Assembly (NCBI GenBank): GCA_035693145.1
Contig: DASSHA010000069.1
Coordinates: 16,451-80,450, forward strand
Source of the DNA: Candidatus Limnocylindrales bacterium
GTDB lineage: Bacteria; Chloroflexota; Limnocylindria; Limnocylindrales; CSP1-4
Length of the DNA stretch: 64,000 bases
Reading direction: 5' to 3'
Below the pieces are notes generated by a model that was not told where the DNA came from, did no database searches, and saw nothing but the letters and a program-made list of their open reading frames with translations. The translations under genes were made by a program, and so were the position numbers. Shown piece after piece: positions 45,815 to 54,113 of this stretch; within the stretch, counting starts at the first letter, position 1, and every line of letters begins with the position of its first letter.

Positions 45815-47515
45815 TCAGGCCGGCCGACCGTACAGGGCGATGAGCTGGTCCGCGACCCGTTCCTCGGGTCGCACGAGCGACAGGAACGCTTCGCGGTCGA
45901 GGCGGTACAGCAGCCCGTTCGTCGCCGCCGTGACCGTCGCGCTCCGCGGTGCCTCGAGCAGGAGCCCGAGCTCCCCGAACAACGCACCCGTGGAGAGCGT
46001 GCGGCGGCGCTCGCCGTCGATCGTCACCTCGAAGGTGCCCTCCTCGACGACGTACGCGGCGTCCGCGGCATCGCCCTGCCGGATGACGATGTCGCCCGGC
46101 TCGACATGGACCGGGGTCGATCGTGCGGCGGCTCTCGCGAGACGCGCGACGGCGAGCGCGCCGAGCGGCGATGCCTGGAGCGCCCGGAAGGCGGCCCGTG
46201 TCCGTGGATCCATCGGCCCGCTGCGCCGGAGGCTGACGAGGCCGAGGCCGACGCCGATCGCGCCCGCGACGACGATCACGCCGAGGGCGGGCGCGACACC
46301 GGTTGCGCCGGCGAGGACCGGGAAGGCGAACCCGCCCGCCGCGAACGAGAGCGCTCCGACGGAATGGAGGATCCCGCTCGAGCGGCCACGAGCGTCGTCG
46401 TCGATGAGGCGCTGGAGAAGCGTCGCGTTGAGGACATCGATGATGAGCAGGCCCGCCGAGGCGACGGCCATGAGGGCGATCGCGACGAGCAGCGCGCCGG
46501 ACACCCCAAGGCCGAGCAGGCCGACGACGCAGGCGATGCCGGCGGCGCCGAATGCGCGAGCCGGGGGCGCCTCGACGAGCCGCCCGGCGAGCACGCCACC
46601 GAGCACGCCCCCGATGCCGGTCGCCGCATTCAGCAAGCCGGTCGCCTGCTCGCCGCCGTGGAGCTGATCGATCGCCACGACGACCGTGGCGATGCCGAGC
46701 GCGCCGCCGACGATGCTCGTCCCCACGTCGATGAGGAGCGGAGCGGCGATGCGGCGGACGAGCGAGGGATCGCGCCGCGCCACGCTGGACGGAGCGTCGG
46801 GCGCGGCCGGCGACGGAACCTCAGCGCCGCCCGCTGACGAGGCGGCCATCGCCGGCAGGGTCGCCAGCGCGACGGCAATGACGCCGAAGGTCGCGGCATT
46901 GAGCAGCATCGCGAACGCGGCGCCGCCCGTCGCGGTGAGGATCCCGGCGAGCGCGGGACCGATGATGAACGCGATGTTGTCGAGCGTGGCCCAGGCGGCG
47001 TTCGCCGGCCCGAGCTCCGACTCGTTGCGCGTCAGGGAGGGGAGATACGCCGCGAGCGTCGGTCCCGCGAGCGCCGACCCGCACGCGGCGAGGACGGTGA
47101 TCGCCACGATGAGCCAGATCGAGGCGTCGAGCAGGATCGCCGCGGCCAGCACGAGCATCAGCCCGCCGCGCGCGACATCGGTCGCGATGAGGATCAGCCG
47201 ACGATCGAACCGGTCGGCGATGACGCCTCCCAGTCCTGACAGGAGGACATACGGGAGCACACGGACGCCGCCGACGATCCCGAGGACCGTCGGGTCCGCA
47301 ACCTTCGCGACGACGATCAGGAGCGCGACGAGGTAGAGCCAGTCGCCGATGCTCGACACGAACTCACTGGCGAGGAAGCGCGTGAGCCGCGCGTTCCCGG
47401 TGAGGGGCGCGTAGGGCCCGAGGATCCGGGTGCCGATCGCCCGCGCGCCAAAACCGCCGGCATCGCGGCCGGCGGTCTTGGGGCCTGCGGCGTTCTCTGG
47501 GAGGCCGTCAGCCAC
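45815..47515 (-). CDS. MFS transporter fused to a C-terminal cyclic-nucleotide-binding (cNMP) domain
   Basis: There are about 12 TM helices. The C-terminal cNMP block is VEPGDIVIRQGDAADAAYVVEEGTFEV ... GALFGELGLLLEAPRSATVTAAT. Confidence 0.8.
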   Translation of the reverse strand: MADGLPENAAGPKTAGRDAGGFGARAIGTRILGPYAPLTGNARLTRFLASEFVSSIGDWLYLVALLIVVAKVADPTVLGIVGGVRVLPYVLLSGLGGVIADRFDRRLILIATDVARGGLMLVLAAAILLDASIWLIVAITVLAACGSALAGPTLAAYLPSLTRNESELGPANAAWATLDNIAFIIGPALAGILTATGGAAFAMLLNAATFGVIAVALATLPAMAASSAGGAEVPSPAAPDAPSSVARRDPSLVRRIAAPLLIDVGTSIVGGALGIATVVVAIDQLHGGEQATGLLNAATGIGGVLGGVLAGRLVEAPPARAFGAAGIACVVGLLGLGVSGALLVAIALMAVASAGLLIIDVLNATLLQRLIDDDARGRSSGILHSVGALSFAAGGFAFPVLAGATGVAPALGVIVVAGAIGVGLGLVSLRRSGPMDPRTRAAFRALQASPLGALAVARLARAAARSTPVHVEPGDIVIRQGDAADAAYVVEEGTFEVTIDGERRRTLSTGALFGELGLLLEAPRSATVTAATNGLLYRLDREAFLSLVRPEERVADQLIALYGRPA

Positions 47516-47595
47516 GCGGCGTGGCGGCCCTCATGCCGTCGACGGACACGAACGCGGCCGGACTGGCAGTTCTCGGCCGCGCCGCGTGATCGCCC

Positions 47596-47757
47596 TCAGC
47601 GGAACTGGCTGTTGCCCGAGGGTCCCGCACCTTCGTCGTCCGGCAGCGCCCGCGGCGTGCCGTGGCCCTGGCCCTCGGTGTCGTCCGCGGGGATCGCCCG
47701 CGGCGAGCCGTGGCCCTGACCCTCGGTGTCCTCAGCCGTCTTGTGCGTTTCGCCCAT
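47596..47757 (-). CDS. Small acidic protein (53 aa) with two DDTEGQGHG repeats, hypothetical
   Basis: The ATG is 10 nt after GGGAGG. The product is MGETHKTAEDTEGQGHGSPRAIPADDTEGQGHGTPRALPDDEGAGPSGNSQFR. Confidence 0.45.
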   Translation of the reverse strand: MGETHKTAEDTEGQGHGSPRAIPADDTEGQGHGTPRALPDDEGAGPSGNSQFR

Positions 47758-48024
47758 CGAAGTGGACCTCCCTGTCAGACTCCCGGTTGGAAGCCGCATC
47801 GAGACGAACGTAGCCGCCCGACCCGCCGGCCGTCTGTCGTCGAGCGCACCTGGCCGCAGTCGAAATGGCGACACGTCCCTGCTGGCGGGGAAGCGTAATC
47901 GACGCGCGCCCGTCGGGGCACGTCGAAACCCCTTCGAGAAGTCCCGAGTCCGGCCCCAGCCGTGCGTTATGGTTCGAGGGTCCGGGGTTCCAACGCCACG
48001 TCGTCTGATGCGGAGGTCACGAAC

Positions 48025-48729
48025 ATGACCGAGGCGACGCGACTCGCCTTCACGGTCGATGCGCTGACGCGCTCACCGCTGTTCAAGACGTTGTCCGCGG
48101 CCACGCTCGAGGACCTGGCGCGGGAGTTCCGACCGCGACGCTACCGCCGTGGCGAGGTGATCTTCCACAGCGGCGATCTCGGCGACATGCTCCACCTGAT
48201 CGAGAGTGGGCTGGTGAAGATCAGCGAGGAGTCCGTGACCGGGTCGGAGGCGTTCATCAACACGCTCCACCCGGGCCAGGTGTTCGGCGAGCTCGGCCTC
48301 ATCGATGGTGCGCAGCGCTCGGCGACCGCGACCGCGCTCGAGCCCACGGTGACGCTCGTCCTGCCGCGTGAGCCGGTCATGGAGCTCGTCGACGACGACC
48401 GGGCGTTTCGCCAGGCGATGCTCTCGGCCCTCGCGCGCGAGCTCCGTCGCGTGACCGGACGTCTCGCCGAGCTCCACTTCCTCGACCTGCCGGGCCGGCT
48501 CGCGGCCAGGCTTGCCGTCATGGCCCGGGAGGCCGAGCCGGATCGAAACGAGGACGTCCGGCTGGGTCGTGCCTACACCCAGACGGAGCTTGCCTCGATG
48601 ATCGGCGGGACGCGGCAGAGCGTGAACCGTCACCTCGGGGAGCTGATCGACGACGGGCTCATCCGGCTCGAGCCTGACGACATCATCGTCGTCAACGTGA
48701 GCGAGCTCGCGGCGCGGGGCGAATGGTGA
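48025..48729 (+). CDS. Crp/Fnr-family transcriptional regulator
   Basis: GGAGG lies 8 nt upstream. The cNMP block is IFHSGDLGDMLHLIESGLVKI ... VFGELGLIDGAQRSATATA. The C-terminal HTH is YTQTELASMIGGTRQSVNRHLGEL. Confidence 0.85.
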   Translation: MTEATRLAFTVDALTRSPLFKTLSAATLEDLAREFRPRRYRRGEVIFHSGDLGDMLHLIESGLVKISEESVTGSEAFINTLHPGQVFGELGLIDGAQRSATATALEPTVTLVLPREPVMELVDDDRAFRQAMLSALARELRRVTGRLAELHFLDLPGRLAARLAVMAREAEPDRNEDVRLGRAYTQTELASMIGGTRQSVNRHLGELIDDGLIRLEPDDIIVVNVSELAARGEW

Positions 48730-49520
48730 GCGACGGCGACGACCCGCGGCGCGGCACAGGCGGGGGCCCGTCCGCCGAGCGAACCGTCGAGCTCCTCCGC
48801 GAGCTCGGCCACCGGGCCAGCGTCGCTCGAGGGCTCCGCTCGGAGACGCAGCTCCGATTGCTACGTTCGATCCTCGACGCCGCCGTCGCGCTGTTCGACG
48901 CGGCGGCCGCCTCGATCGCCCTCGAATCCGACGGCGACCTCGAGTTCGTCGTCGCCTCCGGTCAGCAGGGCCAGGGCGTCGTCGGGCTTCGCGTGCCCGC
49001 CGGCCAGGGACTCGTCGGCTACGTCTTCCAGAGCGGCGAGCCGCTCGCGCTGTCGGACACCTCGGCGGACCCGCGCTTCGGCCGGCAGACGGCGGAGCAG
49101 ACCGGGTACGTCCCGAAGACGATCCTCGCCGTCCCACTCTCGACCGACCAGGAGACCGTCGGCGTCCTCGAGATCCTCGACCGCCATGTCGGCGCCTTCT
49201 CCGGGGACGACCTCGGCCTCGCCTCGGTCTTCGCCCGTCAGGCGGCGCTCGCGATCGATGCGACCCGCGTCGAGCGGGACGTCGCGCAGCTCTGGGCGCG
49301 AGTGCTGGAGGCGCACGGTCTCGGACTCGAAGGGCGGGACGCGGACGCGTTCGCGCAGGCCGTGCGCGACGTCGATCCGGGTGACGGATTCTGGCCGCTC
49401 GTCGACGCGATCGCGCGGGAGTGGACATCGTCTCCGGAGCGCCGCGAGTTCGTCGTCGAGCTCCTCCGCCTCGTGGACCGGCTTCGGCCGCCCGTTCGCG
49501 CCCGACCATTCGCGCGGTGA
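48723..49520 (+). CDS. GAF-domain protein
   Basis: The start overlaps the Crp stop (ATGGTGA). The GAF block is SIALESDGDLEFVVASGQQGQGVVGLRVPAGQGLVGYVFQSGEPLALSD ... ILAVPL. Confidence 0.7.
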   Translation: MVSDGDDPRRGTGGGPSAERTVELLRELGHRASVARGLRSETQLRLLRSILDAAVALFDAAAASIALESDGDLEFVVASGQQGQGVVGLRVPAGQGLVGYVFQSGEPLALSDTSADPRFGRQTAEQTGYVPKTILAVPLSTDQETVGVLEILDRHVGAFSGDDLGLASVFARQAALAIDATRVERDVAQLWARVLEAHGLGLEGRDADAFAQAVRDVDPGDGFWPLVDAIAREWTSSPERREFVVELLRLVDRLRPPVRARPFAR

Positions 49521-50404
49521 CGACGCCGGACGAGGCGCTGCCCGCATGGAGCGAGCCGTTCCTCGGAGATCGGCGGTCGTCGCTCACCCATCGCTCCCCG
49601 TTTCGGGTCGGCTGGGGTCGCTGGCTCGGGACGGGATCGGGCAAGGGCGTCCGCGTGGCGATCATCGACTCGGGCGTCGAGGGCGGCCATCGACTCGTCG
49701 GTGGCAGGCTCGTCCGCAGCGTGCGAGTCGAGATGGTCGACGGGGAGGGGAGCGTCATCGATGAGCCCGAACCGCTCGACGTCGTCGGCCACGGCACCGC
49801 GTGTGCCGGGATCATCCATTCCCTCGCGCCGGACGCGGAGCTGACGTCCGTCCGCGTGCTCGGCGCGAACAACAAGACGAGCGGGCTCACCTTCGCCTAC
49901 GCACTCGACTGGGTGATCGGCCAGGGGTTCGACGTCGCGAATCTCAGCCTCTCGTCGAAGAGCGAGGATCTCTATCCGACCTTCCACGACCTCGTCGACC
50001 GAGCCTACTTCGCTCGCTGCATGCTCGTCTGCTCGGCCAGCAACACCGCCGGCGTGCCGAGCTATCCCGCCGTCTTCTCGTCGGTCGTGTCGGTCGCCTC
50101 GCACGACATTCCGGACCCCTGGACGTTCTTCTACAACCCGCGTCCACCCGTGGAGTTCGGTGCGTGGGGGGTCGACGTCCCCGTCGCCTGGCGGGGCGGC
50201 GCGCGGATGATGGCAACCGGCAACAGCTTCGCCGCGCCGCACATCGCCGGGCTCGTCGCGCTCATCCTCGAGCGCGAGCCGGCGCTCTCGCCGTTCGAGG
50301 TGAAGTCGGCGCTCGTCGCGCTCGCAGCCGCCCCGTCCGCCGCGGCGGCGAAGCGCCTCCGCCGCCGGACCCCGCGAGCGGCCACCGAAGCCGGGCCTGA
50401 CTGA
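49517..50404 (+). CDS. Subtilisin-like (S8 family) serine peptidase, no signal peptide
   Basis: The start has a GTGA overlap with the GAF gene. The Asp/His/Ser triad contexts are VAIIDSGV, HGTACAGII and GNSFAAPHIAGL. Confidence 0.8.
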   Translation: MTTPDEALPAWSEPFLGDRRSSLTHRSPFRVGWGRWLGTGSGKGVRVAIIDSGVEGGHRLVGGRLVRSVRVEMVDGEGSVIDEPEPLDVVGHGTACAGIIHSLAPDAELTSVRVLGANNKTSGLTFAYALDWVIGQGFDVANLSLSSKSEDLYPTFHDLVDRAYFARCMLVCSASNTAGVPSYPAVFSSVVSVASHDIPDPWTFFYNPRPPVEFGAWGVDVPVAWRGGARMMATGNSFAAPHIAGLVALILEREPALSPFEVKSALVALAAAPSAAAAKRLRRRTPRAATEAGPD

Positions 50405-50458
50405 GCGACGGCCGGCGGACAACTACGCGCGGCGGCGGACAGACGGCGGACAGACGAA

Positions 50459-50488
50459 GGCCGGGCGAGGTCGGCACCTCGCCCGGCC
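50459..50488. terminator. Probable bidirectional terminator hairpin
   Basis: A perfect 13-bp stem GGCCGGGCGAGGT-CGGC-ACCTCGCCCGGCC lies between the convergent S8 gene and the 50519..50749 ORF. Confidence 0.45.
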
Positions 50489-50518
50489 GTTCGCGGGAGT
50501 GGGAGCTTCGAGCTCGGG

Positions 50519-50749
50519 CTACTTTTCCTTGCGATGCGGGCGGCGGGCCTCCTCGGCCAGGCCGTGTCGCGTGAGCTGCTGGCGGATCTGATGCTCGCGC
50601 GCGCCGGCCACGAGCCGGTTGGCGCTCGGGTCGGTCAGCATCTGGCCTTCGGTGTCGTCCGAGCCGATCGCCTCGCCGCCGCCACTCGGACGTCGGAAGC
50701 TCACGCTGGGCGACCGCATCAGGCCGTCGGGCTTCGCGTCATTGCTCAT
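50519..50749 (-). CDS. Small protein (76 aa) with DDTEGQ motif and basic helical C-terminus, hypothetical
   Basis: AGAGG lies about 9 nt upstream. The motif context is SFRRPSGGGEAIGSDDTEGQMLTDPSANRLV. Confidence 0.45.
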   Translation of the reverse strand: MSNDAKPDGLMRSPSVSFRRPSGGGEAIGSDDTEGQMLTDPSANRLVAGAREHQIRQQLTRHGLAEEARRPHRKEK

Positions 50750-50945
50750 GTTGGGACCTCTGTGAAGCGGGATCTGCTCGCATCACCCTAGCCCCACCGC
50801 GCAAGGGCGACGTATCGGCCGCACGTCGCGCCTTGTGTCGAGTGTCGGACACCGGAGCTGTCCGGACCCGGCTAGGAGCTCGTCGTGGTGCGCGCGTACG
50901 TTGGCGTCCACAGCCGGACGAAGAGCCGCGTTGGAGGATCACGAG

Positions 50946-51611
50946 ATGGCACGCAATCCACTGAGCCCGTCGGTCATCCTGAGCATGGACGACGATCTCC
51001 CGCACCCGGTCGAGGTCGACGGCGGCGCCGGCTGGAACCCGGGTTCGGGCACGCTGAGCGTCCGGATCTCGCCCGCGAGCGAGGACACGAGTGGACAGAT
51101 GCTCGCCGGCAGCGAGTGGGTCGAGATCGTGGTCGAGGGCGAGGACGTCGAGGCGCACAGCCTCTCGTTGCGCTTCCCGAGCCCGGACGACGCCGCCCGT
51201 TTCCAGCGCAAGCTCCTGTTGACCGGCACGCTGGCCGGGACGCTGCTCATCGGAGCAGTGGCGGCCGGCGGCGCGATGAGCCAGGCGACGAGCAACGGAT
51301 CGAACGCGGCAGCGGTCGGGGCGCAGGCCGCAACCGGCACGCTCACGATCGGCGCACTGAGGGAGCCGGCGGTCGCGCCGGGTCTGGCGGCCGAAGGGAT
51401 CCGCCCGATTGCGGCTCCCGCCCCCGCGATGCCGCCCGGCCTGCGCGCCGAAGCGGCGCAGCCAGCCGCGCCCAGGGTGCCACTCAAGGCCCCCGCGATC
51501 GCTCCGGGTCTGCGGGCCGAAACAGTCGCGGGCGCGGAAGCGGGCGGGTCCGGTCCGACGGACGGCGGCTCAGGTCCGACCGACGGCGGTGGCGCCTTCC
51601 GCGGGCGCTGA
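50946..51611 (+). CDS. Hypothetical protein with N-terminal domain carrying a DTSGQML motif, one TM helix and Ala/Pro-rich C-terminal repeats
   Basis: GGAGG lies 8 nt upstream. Compare ASEDTSGQMLAGSEWVEIV with GSDDTEGQMLTDPS of the neighbouring gene. The TM helix is LLLTGTLAGTLLIGAVAAG. The C-terminus has a SGPTDGG x2 repeat. Confidence 0.45.
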   Translation: MARNPLSPSVILSMDDDLPHPVEVDGGAGWNPGSGTLSVRISPASEDTSGQMLAGSEWVEIVVEGEDVEAHSLSLRFPSPDDAARFQRKLLLTGTLAGTLLIGAVAAGGAMSQATSNGSNAAAVGAQAATGTLTIGALREPAVAPGLAAEGIRPIAAPAPAMPPGLRAEAAQPAAPRVPLKAPAIAPGLRAETVAGAEAGGSGPTDGGSGPTDGGGAFRGR

Positions 51612-51714
51612 TCGGAGATGCCATCCCGCGCGAAATGCGCGGGCATCCATTCCATTTCGGTCATCGGTCGGCGATCATCCGGGCAGGAGCCCGGTGCGAG
51701 TGAAGGAGAACGAC

Positions 51715-51912
51715 GTGGCAGACAGCGAGAAGACGACGAAGCCCGAGGCCTCGACCAGCGACGGGGCCGACGACGACACCGAGGGGCAGTCGTTCCACAA
51801 CTACGAGCTGGCGCGCGCGCTCACCCGTGAGCGTGCGTCCGAGGCGGCGCGCGCCGCTCGCGACGCGGCTCGCGTTCGCGAGGTACGCGAGGCGAAGCGG
51901 GGGGCGCGCTAG
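51715..51912 (+). CDS. Small acidic protein (65 aa) with DDDTEGQ motif and basic helical C-terminus, hypothetical
   Basis: GTG 51715 is 7 nt after AAGGAG. The product is MADSEKTTKPEASTSDGADDDTEGQSFHNYELARALTRERASEAARAARDAARVREVREAKRGAR. Confidence 0.5.
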   Translation: MADSEKTTKPEASTSDGADDDTEGQSFHNYELARALTRERASEAARAARDAARVREVREAKRGAR

Positions 51913-51937
51913 GAACCACCGAACGTTCAGGGGGAAT

Positions 51938-51967
51938 GTCGAGCCGGCCCGCACGGGCCGGCTCGAC
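51938..51967. terminator. Stem-loop GTCGAGCCGGCCCG-CA-CGGGCCGGCTCGAC downstream of 51715..51912 and within the csp leader
   Basis: A perfect 14-bp inverted repeat, read directly. Confidence 0.4.
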
Positions 51968-52128
51968 CGTGTCCGCGCCGCCCCGCGTCCGGCCGGCACT
52001 ATGCACGGTCGATCATCCGTGCGATGATGCCCGTCTCGTCGCCTCACGCGGCGAGGCGCTGCGTGGTCGACCCCCTTCTCGAAGACCGTGCGTTCGCTGT
52101 TTCGGTTCGGGAAGACGTGGAGGTCAAT

Positions 52129-52332
52129 GTGACCACCGGAACCATCAAGAAGGTCGTCTCCGATCGCGGATTCGGCTTCATCACCGCCGAGGATGCGAAG
52201 GACTACTTCTTCCATCGCGACGGCCTCGACTCTTCGCTCGACTTCGACCGCCTGGTCGGTGGCGAGCGCGTGGAGTTCGAGATCGAGCAGAGCCCGAAGG
52301 GCCCTCGCGCCAAGCGCGTGCAGGCCGCCTGA
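52129..52332 (+). CDS. cspA: Cold-shock protein (CspA family)
   Basis: GTG 52129 is 5 nt after GGAGG. The RNP1 and RNP2 motifs are KGFGFI and DYFFH. A roughly 215-nt structured leader precedes the gene. Confidence 0.85.
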   Translation: MTTGTIKKVVSDRGFGFITAEDAKDYFFHRDGLDSSLDFDRLVGGERVEFEIEQSPKGPRAKRVQAA

Positions 52333-52410
52333 CCCTCGACTCGCGAACGCCGCCGGCATGCATGCCGGCGGCGTTTTCATGTTCGGCTCGGGCTCTCGTA
52401 CCATCCCGCG

Positions 52411-53991
52411 GTGCCCGACTTCGAGCTGATCCTCCTTCTCCTGGTCGTCGTCGCGACGATCGTCGCGATCGCACACTGGGTCGGGATCGCGTATCCGATC
52501 CTGCTCGTCATCGGCGGGATCGGGCTCGGGCTGCTGCCCGGGGTGCCGAGCGTCCAGCTCGATCCGGAGCTCGTCCTCGTCGTCTTCCTGCCGCCGTTGA
52601 TCTTCGCCGCCGCGTGGCAGACCCCCATCCGCGACGTCCGCGAGAACCTCCAGCCCGTCCTGCTCCTGTCCGTCGGGCTCGTGCTGTTCACGACCGCCGT
52701 CGTGGGCGTCGTCGTGGCAGGGGTCCTTCCCGGGCTGCCACTCGCCGCCGCGTTCGCGCTCGGTGCGATCGTCTCACCGTCGGACGTCCTCGCCGCGACG
52801 ACAGTCCTCTCCCGCATCGCCGTCCCGCGGCGCGTCCGCGCGATCCTCGAGGAGGAGAGCCTCGTCAACGACGCGACGGCCCTCACGGTCTACCGGACGG
52901 CGGTCGCCGCGGCGGTGTCGGGAACATTCGTTGCGGCCGACGCCATCGGGACGTTCGCGCTCGCCTCGGTTGGCGGGATCGCGGTCGGACTCGTCGTCGC
53001 CTATGTCGCCGATCAGCTCTGGCGGCGGCTGTTCGACCCGCCCGTCGAGGTCAGCCTCTCGCTCGTCCTGCCGTATGCGGCGTATCTGCCCGCCGAGCAC
53101 CTCGGCGCCTCGGGCGTCATCGCAGCCGCCACCGCCGGGTTGTGGCTGGGCTATCGCTCGTCGCGGATCCTCGGCCCGGACACGCGCCTCGTCGCGAATT
53201 CGGTCTGGGAGATCCTGACCTTCGTCCTGAACGGCTTTGCGTTCCTCCTCGTGGGGCTCGAGCTGCCGACGATCCTGCGCGGGATCGCCGGGCGGTCCGG
53301 GACGGACCTCATCGTCGACGCCGCGGCGGTGAGCCTCGCCGTCGTCGTCAGCCGGTTCGTGTGGGTCTATGGCTCGCTCGTCCTGCCGAAGTCGATTGCG
53401 CGGCTGCGCCGACGTCCGGGAGGCAAGCCGATGACGTCGGCGATCCCGTTGATCGTCTCGTGGGCCGGCATGCGGGGCGCTGTGTCGCTCGCTGCGGCCC
53501 TCGCCCTGCCGACCGGCTTTCCCGAGCGGAACCTCATCCTGTTCCTCGCGTTCGCCGTCATCGGCGTCACGCTGCTGGGCCAGGGGCTGACGTTCCCGGC
53601 CATCCTGTCGCGGATCCGCGTGCCGCCCGACGGTGACGAGCTCGAGGAGGAAACCCTCGCCCGCACCACGGCGATCGAAGCCGCCCTGGCGCAGCTCCAC
53701 CGGCTGCGGAAGCGCTGGCCGAACCACCTGCCGCTGATCGATCATCTCGAGGAGCGCTACCAGCACCGGGTCGAGCATCTTCCGGAGGAGGACGACGACG
53801 GCGGGCTCACGCTCGACCCGGAGCACGAAGCCGAGCGAGTCGACCATCGCGCGATCCGGGACGCGCTCATCGCCGCGGAGCGCGAAGCGGTCATCGGGTT
53901 GCGCGATCGGCACGAGATCAGCGACGAGATCCTCCGTCGGCTCGAACGCGAGCTCGACCTCGAGGAGCTCCGGCTCGAGGCGGACCTCTGA
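52411..53991 (+). CDS. Na+/H+ antiporter (CPA1, NhaP-type) with cytoplasmic C-terminal domain
   Basis: It has about 11 TM helices, with ESLVNDATAL and WAGMRGAVSLAAAL typical of NhaP/CPA1. Confidence 0.85.
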   Translation: MPDFELILLLLVVVATIVAIAHWVGIAYPILLVIGGIGLGLLPGVPSVQLDPELVLVVFLPPLIFAAAWQTPIRDVRENLQPVLLLSVGLVLFTTAVVGVVVAGVLPGLPLAAAFALGAIVSPSDVLAATTVLSRIAVPRRVRAILEEESLVNDATALTVYRTAVAAAVSGTFVAADAIGTFALASVGGIAVGLVVAYVADQLWRRLFDPPVEVSLSLVLPYAAYLPAEHLGASGVIAAATAGLWLGYRSSRILGPDTRLVANSVWEILTFVLNGFAFLLVGLELPTILRGIAGRSGTDLIVDAAAVSLAVVVSRFVWVYGSLVLPKSIARLRRRPGGKPMTSAIPLIVSWAGMRGAVSLAAALALPTGFPERNLILFLAFAVIGVTLLGQGLTFPAILSRIRVPPDGDELEEETLARTTAIEAALAQLHRLRKRWPNHLPLIDHLEERYQHRVEHLPEEDDDGGLTLDPEHEAERVDHRAIRDALIAAEREAVIGLRDRHEISDEILRRLERELDLEELRLEADL

Positions 53992-54113
53992 ACGGGAGGC
54001 ACGCGATGTCGCCCCTCGCGAGCGCTACTTCGAGGAGCTGGCACAGATCGGCTGGTCCGGACGTGACATGAGCGCGGACGAGCGGAGCGCCTTCCTTGCC
54101 GGCCACGACCAGT

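Noticed and set aside
51936-53636. 566-aa plus-strand ORF overlapping csp and nhaP in another frame
   Set aside because: Recognisable CspA and NhaP proteins occupy the other frames. This frame is Arg-rich low complexity.
54006-54071. 22-aa ORFs in the NhaP/LAL convergent gap
   Set aside because: There is no SD. They overlap the LAL 3' end and are too short to support.
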